Shown in pieces: positions 20,633 through 29,689 of a stretch of 64,000 bases of DNA. The position numbers and the translations under genes were made by a program. How positions within the stretch are numbered: the stretch's first letter is position 1; the number at the start of each line of letters is the position of its first letter. Under the pieces are notes generated by a model, which ran no database searches, was not told the DNA's origin, and saw nothing but the letters and a program-made list of their open reading frames with translations. Source of the DNA: a virus; the IMG/VR virus record IMGVR_UViG_3300009151_009564, positions 1 to 64,000 of that record, one strand, 5' to 3'.

Positions 20633-21474
20633 AATATACAATAAGAGATAATCAATATACGTTAGAAGAAGCATTTAAACTATTTATAGAAGATTTTGAG
20701 AATCTCATTGATAAGTTTAAAGAAGGTGATGGTATATCTGAAGATGAAAGACATTTAGTTTATTACTATAGGAATAACTTATGCCAAAGCAATCATGATC
20801 CCATGGATGATGCTTATATAATTGAGGGTGAGTTATATGATTTAGGATGGAAAGGTACATTACTTAAAGAGTTATTTGAGGTGTATGGAACCGATATTTG
20901 TGATGATTTAGATACCACTAGTCGTGGAGCTTTTGATGTTTTCTTATGGAAATTTACAAAAGGATTTTTTCCTTTATCTGGTTATGATTTGGAGAATCTT
21001 AATGGACCTGATGGGCATTCGGAAGTGATGATTAAGTATGCTTATGGTTGGAGTAAAACGAAATATGGTAAATTACTATTACAACAAAATGGGGTTGATC
21101 CTAAAGAGTTTGATATAATGGCTGCTAAAATATTCCTAACTGAAGATAACTATGGACTTTATGATATTTTATTTCAAGAAACTGTAAAAATTAAACCTTT
21201 TAAGGATTTGAAAATTGAGGATAGATATGGTTTAACCAAAATACATAAAAGCATTGAAAAAATGTGCTCTTTAGATAATACATCAGTTCATATACCTTAT
21301 GTGAAAATAACGGATATGTTTAATACTTTTGCTCTTATAACTCTAATGGGAGATAACTCATCTGAAGAAGAAGCTATCACTTATGAGGAAATGAAAGAAA
21401 AAATATTTAATCTATTTGTTATAAAAAAGTGTAAGAAAGAGGTTGTTAATGAAACAATTATTGTTACCTTTTAG
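20629..21474 (+). CDS. hypothetical protein, paralogue of 19730-20632
   Basis: YGWSKTKYGKL vs YGWHKTPYGQL; DVFLWKFTKG vs DYYLYKLSEG. Confidence 0.75.
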   Translation: MKYTIRDNQYTLEEAFKLFIEDFENLIDKFKEGDGISEDERHLVYYYRNNLCQSNHDPMDDAYIIEGELYDLGWKGTLLKELFEVYGTDICDDLDTTSRGAFDVFLWKFTKGFFPLSGYDLENLNGPDGHSEVMIKYAYGWSKTKYGKLLLQQNGVDPKEFDIMAAKIFLTEDNYGLYDILFQETVKIKPFKDLKIEDRYGLTKIHKSIEKMCSLDNTSVHIPYVKITDMFNTFALITLMGDNSSEEEAITYEEMKEKIFNLFVIKKCKKEVVNETIIVTF

Positions 21475-22246
21475 TCATTATTCTTTGTCCTTGATACTTT
21501 TTAATATCAACATCCTGGTGTTCAGTTAAAAACTCAACCATTTTTTCTAACATAGATTTGGCGAGCCGTGTATCTGTTAAGGCATCATGATAGTTAGTCA
21601 TATTGATTCCCAATGCTGGACCTATCTTACTTAATGATGAACTAATAAGACCGTTATCTCTATCGGATGTACCAATCTTTTTAATCATACTATCAAACTC
21701 AGGTTCGGTTTCAGCAAGCTTTTGTAGAGTTGGTAAATAGAATAACTGAGCTATTTGTTTAGTATCAATAACTTCATTGTCAAATCTAACAATAGGACTT
21801 CTTGTATTTAAGAAAGTCATATCAAACTCAGCATTTTGTATAACAAGAATAGGATTCTCATATTTAGAAATAAACTTAAAGAAATCTTCTAATACATTTT
21901 GTTCGTCATGATATTCTGTACCACTTTTGCCATAGTGATTAAAAGAAAGAACTTTCTTTATTCTAACTGTAGGATCTTTCATTAAAGAAAGGGTTTCTGG
22001 TGTAAGCTTTATTTTCTTATCATAAGTATCAACTTCTTCAAAAGAGTTTGAGTTAGGGTTATATTTAACAATCAAACATGATACTTGAGTTAGTTGAACT
22101 TCATATGGATCTTCTCTGAGGCCTGTTGTTTCTACATCAATGAAAACCCAATATCTATCAGATTTTGATTTTAACCAGTTTAAAAATTCCGGTATAGATT
22201 TTCCCCAGAACTTATGTTCGAGTATGAATTGTTGATATTTTTTCAT
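21464..22246 (-). CDS. DEDDh 3'-5' exonuclease (DnaQ-like) with capsid-targeting-like N-terminus
   Basis: FIDVETTG, QNAEFD, IDT and HDALTD motifs; N-terminus MKKYQQFILE. Confidence 0.88.
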   Translation of the reverse strand: MKKYQQFILEHKFWGKSIPEFLNWLKSKSDRYWVFIDVETTGLREDPYEVQLTQVSCLIVKYNPNSNSFEEVDTYDKKIKLTPETLSLMKDPTVRIKKVLSFNHYGKSGTEYHDEQNVLEDFFKFISKYENPILVIQNAEFDMTFLNTRSPIVRFDNEVIDTKQIAQLFYLPTLQKLAETEPEFDSMIKKIGTSDRDNGLISSSLSKIGPALGINMTNYHDALTDTRLAKSMLEKMVEFLTEHQDVDIKKYQGQRIMTKR

Positions 22247-22253
22247 AATTATA

Positions 22254-22556
22254 TTATTTATTAAATAGTTCGTCTAATATTCCTAATCCTTTAGCAGAGT
22301 GATAAGCGCCTGAAGCTAATCTAGAGAACTGACCTTTTGATTTATATTTTTTAGCTTCTTCTCTTACTGCTTCTTCACTCCATTTTTTATTTCTTGGAAA
22401 AATAGATTGTTGAAGTCCTCTTTTTTGAATATTTCTATATAAGTCAGGATTATTACGTCTTAACTCCTCATATGATTTATATTTAGAAGCTTTATCCCTA
22501 AGTTCTTCTATTTCCGTCTTTGATTCAAAAACTTTGAATGTTTCAATATGTTTCAT
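22254..22556 (-). CDS. small protein with endonuclease-associated helical repeats
   Basis: Two repeats (ASKYKSYEEL, AKKYKSKGQFSRLASGAY) resembling ALKYSSKQEFYILDSGSY in ORF 30973; N-terminus MKHIETFKVFES. Confidence 0.7.
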   Translation of the reverse strand: MKHIETFKVFESKTEIEELRDKASKYKSYEELRRNNPDLYRNIQKRGLQQSIFPRNKKWSEEAVREEAKKYKSKGQFSRLASGAYHSAKGLGILDELFNK

Positions 22557-22599
22557 ACCATATATATTAAAAGTGAAAATAATATTTAATATATATGAT

Positions 22600-23706
22600 A
22601 TGATTGTTAATTTAAAAAGTCAAACCGAAATGTCTGGTTTTTATATAGTCTTTCAAGGATCTACTAATTTAGAAAGACCTGGAATCTATGGAATATCACA
22701 TCTTTTAGAACATTGTGTTTGCCATAGCTTTGAAAATCTAAGAGAGGAACTAGAAAGGGATGGTATAGACTGGAATTTTTATACATCTTCAAATGAGATA
22801 GTTGGTTATTTTACTGGATTGGATAGTTATTTAAATAAATGGAAATCCAAACTGTTAGACTTGATTGGGGAATTCAAAACAACAAAGGATAAATTTGAAA
22901 ACGAAAAGAATATAGTTCTACAAGAATATACAAATTACTTTGCGGATCAAGGTGAGGCTCATGCCTTGAACTTATCCAGAAAGTTATTTAAAGATTTTGA
23001 CCCAATAGGAGTTAAAGAAGATTTAGAAAAACTAAAATTTATGGACGCTCTTAACTTTTGGGAACTTCAGTTTTCAAATCCTTCCAAAATAATTAATATA
23101 TCAGCAAGCAGTCCATTTAAATCTGATATAGAATTCTCCATACCAAAAAATGATAGAACTTATAAATTCGGTCCTTATAATGATGTTGTTTTAGAAAAGA
23201 TGAATGATTATGGTGATAAAGCTTCAGTTATGATGGTTGGTCCGTTAGCTGATTCCGACTTTGCGTATATTTCATTTATTAATGGTATGTTATCAACTGG
23301 TTTATCTTCTCCTTTATATACTGAAGTTAGAGAGAAAAAAGGTTTAGTTTATTATATTAGATGTTCTCAATCTAGGTTGAATAATCAGGGTGTTACTTCA
23401 ATAACAACTCAAACATCGACTGATAATGTTGAAAAGGTTTATGATGCGGTCAAAGGGGTTTTAGATAATCCTAAAAAGTTTATGACTAAAAGTAGGTTTG
23501 AGACTATTAAAGATTCTCATCTTATAAGACTTAAAAAAGAAAAGATAAATAGATTTGCTAATATTCAAAAATGGATAACTCCACCAGAATGGTCTATATC
23601 TTCTATAATAGAAACTGTAACATTAGATAAACTAATGGAGGTATATGATAAGTATTATAAATCTGATGATTTTTATTTATCGAGTGATAAAAATGAATTT
23701 AAATAA
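22600..23706 (+). CDS. M16 family zinc peptidase
   Basis: HLLEH inverted zinc motif, NFYTS, EKNIVLQE, LYTEVREKKGLVY; start set at ATG 22600, 4 nt after TAATATATA. Confidence 0.92.
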   Translation: MIVNLKSQTEMSGFYIVFQGSTNLERPGIYGISHLLEHCVCHSFENLREELERDGIDWNFYTSSNEIVGYFTGLDSYLNKWKSKLLDLIGEFKTTKDKFENEKNIVLQEYTNYFADQGEAHALNLSRKLFKDFDPIGVKEDLEKLKFMDALNFWELQFSNPSKIINISASSPFKSDIEFSIPKNDRTYKFGPYNDVVLEKMNDYGDKASVMMVGPLADSDFAYISFINGMLSTGLSSPLYTEVREKKGLVYYIRCSQSRLNNQGVTSITTQTSTDNVEKVYDAVKGVLDNPKKFMTKSRFETIKDSHLIRLKKEKINRFANIQKWITPPEWSISSIIETVTLDKLMEVYDKYYKSDDFYLSSDKNEFK

Positions 23707-24185
23707 ATGAAACATTTAAGATTATTTGATAGTTATTTAGATTCTAGTGAAACTTTATATAAAGAAATAGAATGGAGTGAGTATTATAAAAATGTGGCGT
23801 TAGATAGATTTGGAGAACCTTTTAAAGATCGTTCTGGTAAGTTGATTGTTAAGGAACACAAACCAGTAGCAAATTTTAGAAAAACGGAAATTGATATATT
23901 AAATAGTCTTATGGTTAATAACCCAAATATAATGGAGAGTCCTAAATCTGGATATAATAAGTATCCATCTGAGATATATGGGGTTTTAGATTATTTTGAG
24001 ATTTATAAACGTAGTGGTTTTGATATTAGATATCTAATAACCAAAACAGAAGATGATTGGTTCTGGGTGATATATTTTGATAGTGAAAAAGATTGGAAGC
24101 ATTTATATAGATGTGACCAATTTGAAGGACTACTTCAGTTTTTAACTGATAAAGGTATTATAAAAAATGAATTTAAATAAATGAA
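23689..24185 (+). repeat. 23-bp direct repeats (23689-23711 and 24163-24185) flanking ORF 23707-24180
   Basis: AAAAATGAATTTAAATAAATGAA occurs twice; both upstream ORFs end in KNEFK*. Confidence 0.85.
23707..24180 (+). CDS. hypothetical protein, family shared with 45376-45714
   Basis: N-terminus MKHLRLFDSY; C-terminal KTEDDWFWV...YRCDQFEGLLQFL. Confidence 0.75.
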   Translation: MKHLRLFDSYLDSSETLYKEIEWSEYYKNVALDRFGEPFKDRSGKLIVKEHKPVANFRKTEIDILNSLMVNNPNIMESPKSGYNKYPSEIYGVLDYFEIYKRSGFDIRYLITKTEDDWFWVIYFDSEKDWKHLYRCDQFEGLLQFLTDKGIIKNEFK

Positions 24186-24390
24186 GAAATTTAGTTCTCT
24201 ATCTGAAGCGGTAAAGACTCCATGTCAAACACCCGACGCTGTATTTCATATTGAAATAAAAGATAAGTCTATAGAGTGTTCTATTGATCTACCATTTAAA
24301 TTAGATCTATCGGAAAAGGAAGATAAGGAGTTAGAAGGTAATATTCACAATGCTATTGAGTTAGCGTTAAGTAAATATTTCGTTAAATAG
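24181..24390 (+). CDS. small hypothetical protein
   Basis: 69 aa, starts MKKFSSLSEA. Confidence 0.65.
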   Translation: MKKFSSLSEAVKTPCQTPDAVFHIEIKDKSIECSIDLPFKLDLSEKEDKELEGNIHNAIELALSKYFVK

Positions 24391-24426
24391 TATAAAAGTC
24401 GTAACTTTATAAAATAAAATAATAAT

Positions 24427-24993
24427 ATGGATTTACAAAATATCTTAAACAAATACTCTATAAAAGCAAATGTTAATATGTTGCTTGACATGTGGAATGA
24501 ATCTCACCGTAGTTTCCACAATTTAAATCACTTAAATGATATTATAAGTCAGATCAACGAAGGTTACTTTAATGGTACTATTAATGATAAGCAAATGGAG
24601 AAGTTATCATTAACTGCTCTTTTTCATGACATTGTTTATGAGCCATCTAGACCAGATAACGAGGAAAGAAGTGCGGATTTCTTTATGAATCTTTGTGAGA
24701 ATAAGTCTAATAAGGATATATTAGATATACGTGATGCTATTTTAGATACTAAAACTCACAAATCATCAACTCCACTTGCTGAGACCTTCAATCGTTTTGA
24801 TATGTCTATTGTCGAAAGGGATTTCGATAACTTATTAGAGTGGGAAAAGGGAATCCACGAAGAGTATTCAGTATATGGTAATGACGCTTATAAAGTGGGT
24901 AGAGTACAGTTTTTAGAGTCTTTATTGGATAAGTATCCAGATAACTATACTAATCTAACACAACTGATTGATTGGGTTAAAACTAACTATTAA
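24427..24993 (+). CDS. HD-superfamily metal-dependent phosphohydrolase
   Basis: HRSFHNLNHL, ALFHDIVY, NEERSA, TKTH, EEYS...GRVQFL. Confidence 0.85.
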   Translation: MDLQNILNKYSIKANVNMLLDMWNESHRSFHNLNHLNDIISQINEGYFNGTINDKQMEKLSLTALFHDIVYEPSRPDNEERSADFFMNLCENKSNKDILDIRDAILDTKTHKSSTPLAETFNRFDMSIVERDFDNLLEWEKGIHEEYSVYGNDAYKVGRVQFLESLLDKYPDNYTNLTQLIDWVKTNY

Positions 24994-24994
24994 T

Positions 24995-25025
24995 AAAAAA
25001 GTCCTCTCAAAAGAGAGGACTTTTT
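24995..25025. terminator. bidirectional intrinsic terminator
   Basis: AAAAAAGTCCTCTC-AAAA-GAGAGGACTTTTT between convergent genes. Confidence 0.85.
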
Positions 25026-25027
25026 AT

Positions 25028-25756
25028 TTAAAAATTCATAATTAAGTATTCTGTCCCCATTAAACCATTATTATGAATAATTCTACAATCTTTATACCAC
25101 TCTTTCATTTCATCAAAAGAGTAATAACTTAAAACAAATCTACCTTTAATATTTTTTAATATCTCTGATAACTCATAATGTGATTCATTCGTAAATGGAT
25201 GATTAATATAATAGTGTTCTCTTTCTTTATAAGGTGGATCTAAATAGAATAAAGTTTCTTTACTATCATACTTACTTATAACGGATTGATAGTCTTGATT
25301 TAAGACTTCATTAATCTTGTCTAAATTGAAATTGTTCCATTTGAGTTTCATTTTGAATACTTCAAACTCACTATCTCCTCTCCACTCACCATCAAGTATT
25401 TTATATCTCGAATAAGAACAGCAAAGTAAGATTATCCAGTTAATAGTCCATTCATCATCTGTCCAGTTGTTAATACTCCAATCTTTTTGGATTTGGTAAT
25501 ATCTTTTGGGGTTAGCTTTTTCGTTTTGTATTTTATTTACGAAATAGGGATCTTTTGATTTACTAAAAATTAAATAGTTTAAGCGATTAATATCGTTATA
25601 AATGAAATTAGTATTGGGATATTTTGATAAATCTAAGCAAAAGAAAATACCAAACATTCCTCCGAAAGGTTCAACAAATGTTGAAATATCCGTAGGTATG
25701 TTTGGTATTATAAAATTGGAGAACTTAGATTTTTCACCTAAATAGGGTATAAACAT
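25028..25756 (-). CDS. dam: Dam-like (D12 class) DNA adenine methyltransferase
   Basis: PYLGEK, FVEPFGG, YNDIN, FYLDPPY, FVLSY. Confidence 0.88.
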   Translation of the reverse strand: MFIPYLGEKSKFSNFIIPNIPTDISTFVEPFGGMFGIFFCLDLSKYPNTNFIYNDINRLNYLIFSKSKDPYFVNKIQNEKANPKRYYQIQKDWSINNWTDDEWTINWIILLCCSYSRYKILDGEWRGDSEFEVFKMKLKWNNFNLDKINEVLNQDYQSVISKYDSKETLFYLDPPYKEREHYYINHPFTNESHYELSEILKNIKGRFVLSYYSFDEMKEWYKDCRIIHNNGLMGTEYLIMNF

Positions 25757-25768
25757 ATACTCTATATA

Positions 25769-26335
25769 TTAGAGAATTTCATCCACCACTCCGAGCTCGA
25801 GTGCTTCTTCAGCTGGCATGAACCAATCAACTTTACCATCATAGATTTCTTTCAATTTCTTTCTGGTGATTTTAGTCTTTTCGATTGTCATGTTTTCAAT
25901 CTGTTTCTGAAGACGTTTAGACTCTTCCAATCTTTCTTCCATTTGCTTAACAGTACCAATCACTCCACCTGATACCTGATGGTATAGTGGGGTTGAATAC
26001 TTGTGAGCAAATCTTCTGTGTCCATGAATAAGGATCATAAATCCACAACTCATAGCTGCTCCGGTTACTATAGTGTGTATTGGAGTTTTTGATTTCTCCA
26101 TAACAGACAATAGACCAAAACACTGATAAACAAGTCCGCCATAGGAGTCAATATAAATATTGATTGGCTTTGGTTTATAGTTTAAACCATAAACATCGTA
26201 AAGCTTTTTAAGATGCTCGTCATCCTCATTTATTTCGAGGATGTTCTTAGTTAAATCTCCCATAGATGCTTGATCTACTTGTTTGTTTAGATAAAGATTT
26301 CTTTCCTTTGGTAAGGGTAAATTTCCTGTTGCCAT
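25769..26335 (-). CDS. clpP: ATP-dependent Clp protease proteolytic subunit
   Basis: IYIDSYGG, GAAMSCG (catalytic Ser), YHQ (His), DWFMPAEEALELGVVDEI. Confidence 0.93.
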   Translation of the reverse strand: MATGNLPLPKERNLYLNKQVDQASMGDLTKNILEINEDDEHLKKLYDVYGLNYKPKPINIYIDSYGGLVYQCFGLLSVMEKSKTPIHTIVTGAAMSCGFMILIHGHRRFAHKYSTPLYHQVSGGVIGTVKQMEERLEESKRLQKQIENMTIEKTKITRKKLKEIYDGKVDWFMPAEEALELGVVDEIL

Positions 26336-26373
26336 ATTTTATTATTTAGATATTTTATATGACTGAAATTGAA

Positions 26374-27057
26374 TTAGTTTAGTAACTCAATTTTACCACG
26401 ACAAATTTCTTTATAAGTTGCTGTTCTACCGGTCTCATGATCGATAACCACATCTTCTTTTACTCTAAAAGTTCTTTTTTTATCTGACCTTTCAGAGTTT
26501 CCAATTTGGTTATATCTATCAGTATAAGTTTTTTTATTGAATTTTTCTTCTTCAACAACTTTTAACTTTTCTTCAAGTCTTGTCCAAGCGATTAACTCAT
26601 TTTCCTTTTGATTTCTGGTGTCTTGTACCTTAACCTGTGTTCCACTAGGGACATGGGTTAATATGACGCAGGTTTCGACCTTATTGACGTTCTGACCCCC
26701 TTTACCACCACTACGGGTATATTGGCGAGTTACTTTAGAACGGTCAAGTTTGTATTCAAACTTTTTGCTTGGATCAGTTATAGCAACTGTTATTGTAGAT
26801 GTTTGGGTTCTACCGTTTCGTTCAGTAGGTGGGATGCGAATCCATCTATGACATCCTGATTCGTTTTTGTAAAACTTATTTACTCCATCACCGGTTAGTC
26901 AGATAGAAGCATAACCTTCTCTTTGTTCGTAGATTTTACAATCGAACCCTTGGTTTCTTGCTGATTTACAGTAGATGTTTAATGTGTCTATGACTAATAG
27001 TTTAGAGTCACTTCCGCCTTCTCCGGCGCGAATTTCTAGTATAATTTCTTGTTTCAT
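26374..27057 (-). CDS. prfA: RF1-like peptide chain release factor lacking domain 1, with in-frame TGA at codon 53 (missing from the ORF track)
   Basis: Manual translation: MKQEIILEIRAGEGG...GYASI*LTGDGV...ESGCHRWIRIPPTERNGRTQTS...RSGGKGGQNVNK...THVPSG...RNQKEN...RSDKKRTF...DH...LLN*; 227 codons plus stop in one frame. Confidence 0.9.
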
Positions 27058-27116
27058 ATTTTTGTAATTTTTTTAGTTAATAAATGGTAAAAAAATTACT
27101 TATGCTACAAGAATGT

Positions 27117-27317
27117 TCATGGATGACCAAAACGGTTGATTCTAGTACGATTGGATTTTAATTGGGATTCTGTTTCAGCGAGTTTAAGCCAGTCTTGGAA
27201 CTTTTTGAACTCTTCAGGACTTAATTTTTCAGCAATAGTATTAGCCACTTCGTTAGTTAAACGAGAGTTGTTACTTATTGTAACCATTTGTGGTAATATT
27301 TCTCTATAATGTCCCAT
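27117..27317 (-). CDS. small hypothetical protein
   Basis: 66 aa; promoter-like TAACTTTA 4 nt upstream; lies just upstream of the release factor. Confidence 0.6.
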   Translation of the reverse strand: MGHYREILPQMVTISNNSRLTNEVANTIAEKLSPEEFKKFQDWLKLAETESQLKSNRTRINRFGHP

Positions 27318-27368
27318 GTTGTAAAGTTATGATTTATATTATATATAAAAAAATTAAAAGGTTAAAAA

Positions 27369-27929
27369 TTAGCCGGTTGGTGGTTTATAATCTGGTTTTA
27401 TTTTTGTTAAAATATGTATTATATCGTATATATCTTTAGTCTGTTTTTTGGGTGTTCCAGATCTTAAAGATGATATTCTTGCTTTTGTTTCAATGATTTC
27501 AAATGGGTGGTGAAATAGAAATCCATCCTTTTCAATCACTATACTGTTATTCAGTGGAAAGAAATCAACATTATATCCTAATTTATAATTAGGATAATAA
27601 CCAAGTAACTCAATCTCTCCTTCCATTCCCGGATATCGGTTATGATATAGCTTTACATCTGGTTTTTCTTTAACCAAGAAGTCAATATCTTCTGGTAGTC
27701 TATCTAATAGTCCAAAAGCATAAAGAGCTGCTGAGCCGGTTAATACAGCCTTTCCTTTCCATTGCTTAATAATACTCCAGTGTTTATGATTCTGTATTAT
27801 ATTTTTTTTTCTTAATCTTTTAAGATCTGGTGTAAATTCTGGGGATTCTCCTAATACCATTGATAATTTTATATCTCTAATATCGGATTCTAAATCTTTT
27901 AGTTGTGGGGGTAAGGTTATATTAATCAT
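27369..27929 (-). CDS. nucleotidyltransferase-like protein with N-terminal RD-tag
   Basis: LTGSAAL...GLLDRLPEDIDF pol-beta NTase motif, K..KD; RDIKLSMVL near the N-terminus. Confidence 0.7.
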   Translation of the reverse strand: MINITLPPQLKDLESDIRDIKLSMVLGESPEFTPDLKRLRKKNIIQNHKHWSIIKQWKGKAVLTGSAALYAFGLLDRLPEDIDFLVKEKPDVKLYHNRYPGMEGEIELLGYYPNYKLGYNVDFFPLNNSIVIEKDGFLFHHPFEIIETKARISSLRSGTPKKQTKDIYDIIHILTKIKPDYKPPTG

Positions 27930-28153
27930 AAAATTTTGCTTATCTGGTTATCTCTGTGTTCGTCTAAAAATATGAAATTTTCTCTAAATGTTGAAGGGGT
28001 CATTATTATACCATTTATATTAGCCATAATAACTTCATCACATAAAAACTCTAAACTATCTAGTCTAAAGTGATACTTCTCTCCCTTTAGGAAAGAATGT
28101 GTTTTACCAATCGTTTCAATCAAAAAATCTTCTATACATAATACTCGTTTCAT
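27926..28153 (-). CDS. hypothetical protein with C-terminal RD-tag (RDNQISKIL)
   Basis: 75 aa, ATGA overlap with the next gene. Confidence 0.75.
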   Translation of the reverse strand: MKRVLCIEDFLIETIGKTHSFLKGEKYHFRLDSLEFLCDEVIMANINGIIMTPSTFRENFIFLDEHRDNQISKIL

Positions 28154-28185
28154 ATAAGACTATGTATAAAAAAAACTGAAGTTGT

Positions 28186-28761
28186 TTATACAACAACCTC
28201 AGTTTTTTTAAGTTTTTTTATTACTTCTTTTGCGTTTTTAAAGTTTTCAATTGCTTCTATCGGTGTAGGTATTTTAGCGTATGTTTTTGTAGTCCAATCA
28301 TATCTACCATTTCTTGACTCTTTTGGAGGCATGAAATTGTGAAACTTAACTAAGATTTCATACCATTCCTGTGTATTACTAACCTCATAAATCAACCATT
28401 CACGATGATGTGAAACCAATGTTTTCACGGTGGATTGAGTCATTCCACCCATTTTAAGAAGTCTAACAATTTGTTTAGTTCTTTTTTCATCTGGTTTTAA
28501 CTCTTGTAGTTTACTTCTAAAATCGGTTAAATACTGAACCAAGGTATTATTATCAAGTAATACAGATAATTGTTCATCACGCTCACGAGTTGTTAGAATA
28601 CCTTTTTTAAGGTCACCTGCTTTAGCAGATTCTACAAACTCATAGATTACAACTTCTCTCATATCAGCTTCATTAGCTGCTTCAAGAAATGATCTTTCTG
28701 TTTTATAGTATCGACCTCTGTAATTCCAGAGTTTTTGTGGAAATTTTGATTTTGTTGCCAT
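28186..28761 (-). CDS. hypothetical protein with internal RD-tag (RDEQLSVLL)
   Basis: 191 aa ORF. Confidence 0.75.
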   Translation of the reverse strand: MATKSKFPQKLWNYRGRYYKTERSFLEAANEADMREVVIYEFVESAKAGDLKKGILTTRERDEQLSVLLDNNTLVQYLTDFRSKLQELKPDEKRTKQIVRLLKMGGMTQSTVKTLVSHHREWLIYEVSNTQEWYEILVKFHNFMPPKESRNGRYDWTTKTYAKIPTPIEAIENFKNAKEVIKKLKKTEVVV

Positions 28762-28934
28762 TAAATTTTACTTAATATTTTTTTGATTTTTTCTATTTTA
28801 TAGAATCTACTAAAATCTATATTAACTCCCATTCCATCATCATGGGGTGAGAATTTTATATTAGCATACTTTTTATTATTTCTTTGAAGACCAATAAATA
28901 GTTGATTCATTAGTCTAATTTCTTCTTCTAACAT
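28761..28934 (-). CDS. small hypothetical protein (57 aa, not in the track)
   Basis: MLEEEIRL...YKIEKIKKILSKI*; TAATG coupling to the ATG at 28761. Confidence 0.6.
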   Translation of the reverse strand: MLEEEIRLMNQLFIGLQRNNKKYANIKFSPHDDGMGVNIDFSRFYKIEKIKKILSKI

Positions 28935-28964
28935 ACTTTACCATATTTAAATTATATAAAGAAT

Positions 28965-29684
28965 TCAACTAAAGTTTAGTTCTTTTATTCTATTCCTAAT
29001 AACAAAAACTGATTTATTTATTAATACAGACATTTGTTTGGGTGTTAACCCATCATTAATCATTTCTCTCAATTTATCCTCATCTATACTAACATATCTA
29101 GAAGCTTTTTTACCGGTTCTATAACTTGCCTTCTCACTAATGAGTTTTTTTGTTTCATCTTTTTGTGATCTACCAAACATTCCATTTTTATTACCACCAT
29201 GTACTTTTTTATGTTTCTCAACATAATCAATCATTTTTTTATCTGCCTCTTCAATGCCATATAATTCAACCCATTTATTATATAAAGATATACCGTACAT
29301 AGGATTTTTTGTCCCACTAACTGAATTTCTTATTTTTTCAATTGTTTCTGGTTTATGTTTTATTAATTTGTTTGATGAAATTGTACTATTTCTACCACCT
29401 TTTTGAAGATTGTATCCATACATTGGATCACTTGATCTATAGTAGTCAATCCAATATTTTTCTCTTTCGTTTAATAATTCGAAAATATTTTCACCATCTA
29501 TTGTCTCTAGTATTGAAAATTCAAATTTATGTTTGAGTAATGCTCTGTGAAAGTAAGTTTTAGATCCACTTTTGGAGTGGTACATGTGTTCCCTTTCTCT
29601 TATTTTAAGATCTTTTTTTGTCTGTCCGATGTAGTATTTGTTTTCACAAATACAAAATGCGTAATATATAATTCCATATTCCAT
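28965..29684 (-). CDS. GIY-YIG homing endonuclease with NUMOD3-type repeats
   Basis: GIIY...YIGQT...R..EH, EKYWI, GYN, HKPETIEKIR...NPMYG, NGMFGR..KDETKKLISE. Confidence 0.92.
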   Translation of the reverse strand: MEYGIIYYAFCICENKYYIGQTKKDLKIREREHMYHSKSGSKTYFHRALLKHKFEFSILETIDGENIFELLNEREKYWIDYYRSSDPMYGYNLQKGGRNSTISSNKLIKHKPETIEKIRNSVSGTKNPMYGISLYNKWVELYGIEEADKKMIDYVEKHKKVHGGNKNGMFGRSQKDETKKLISEKASYRTGKKASRYVSIDEDKLREMINDGLTPKQMSVLINKSVFVIRNRIKELNFS

Positions 29685-29689
29685 AAATA

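Noticed and set aside
26890-26910. prfB-type +1 frameshift or selenocysteine insertion at the release-factor TGA
   Set aside because: Homology continues in the same frame, there is no CTT-TGA slippery site, and I see no convincing SECIS-like hairpin 3' of the codon.
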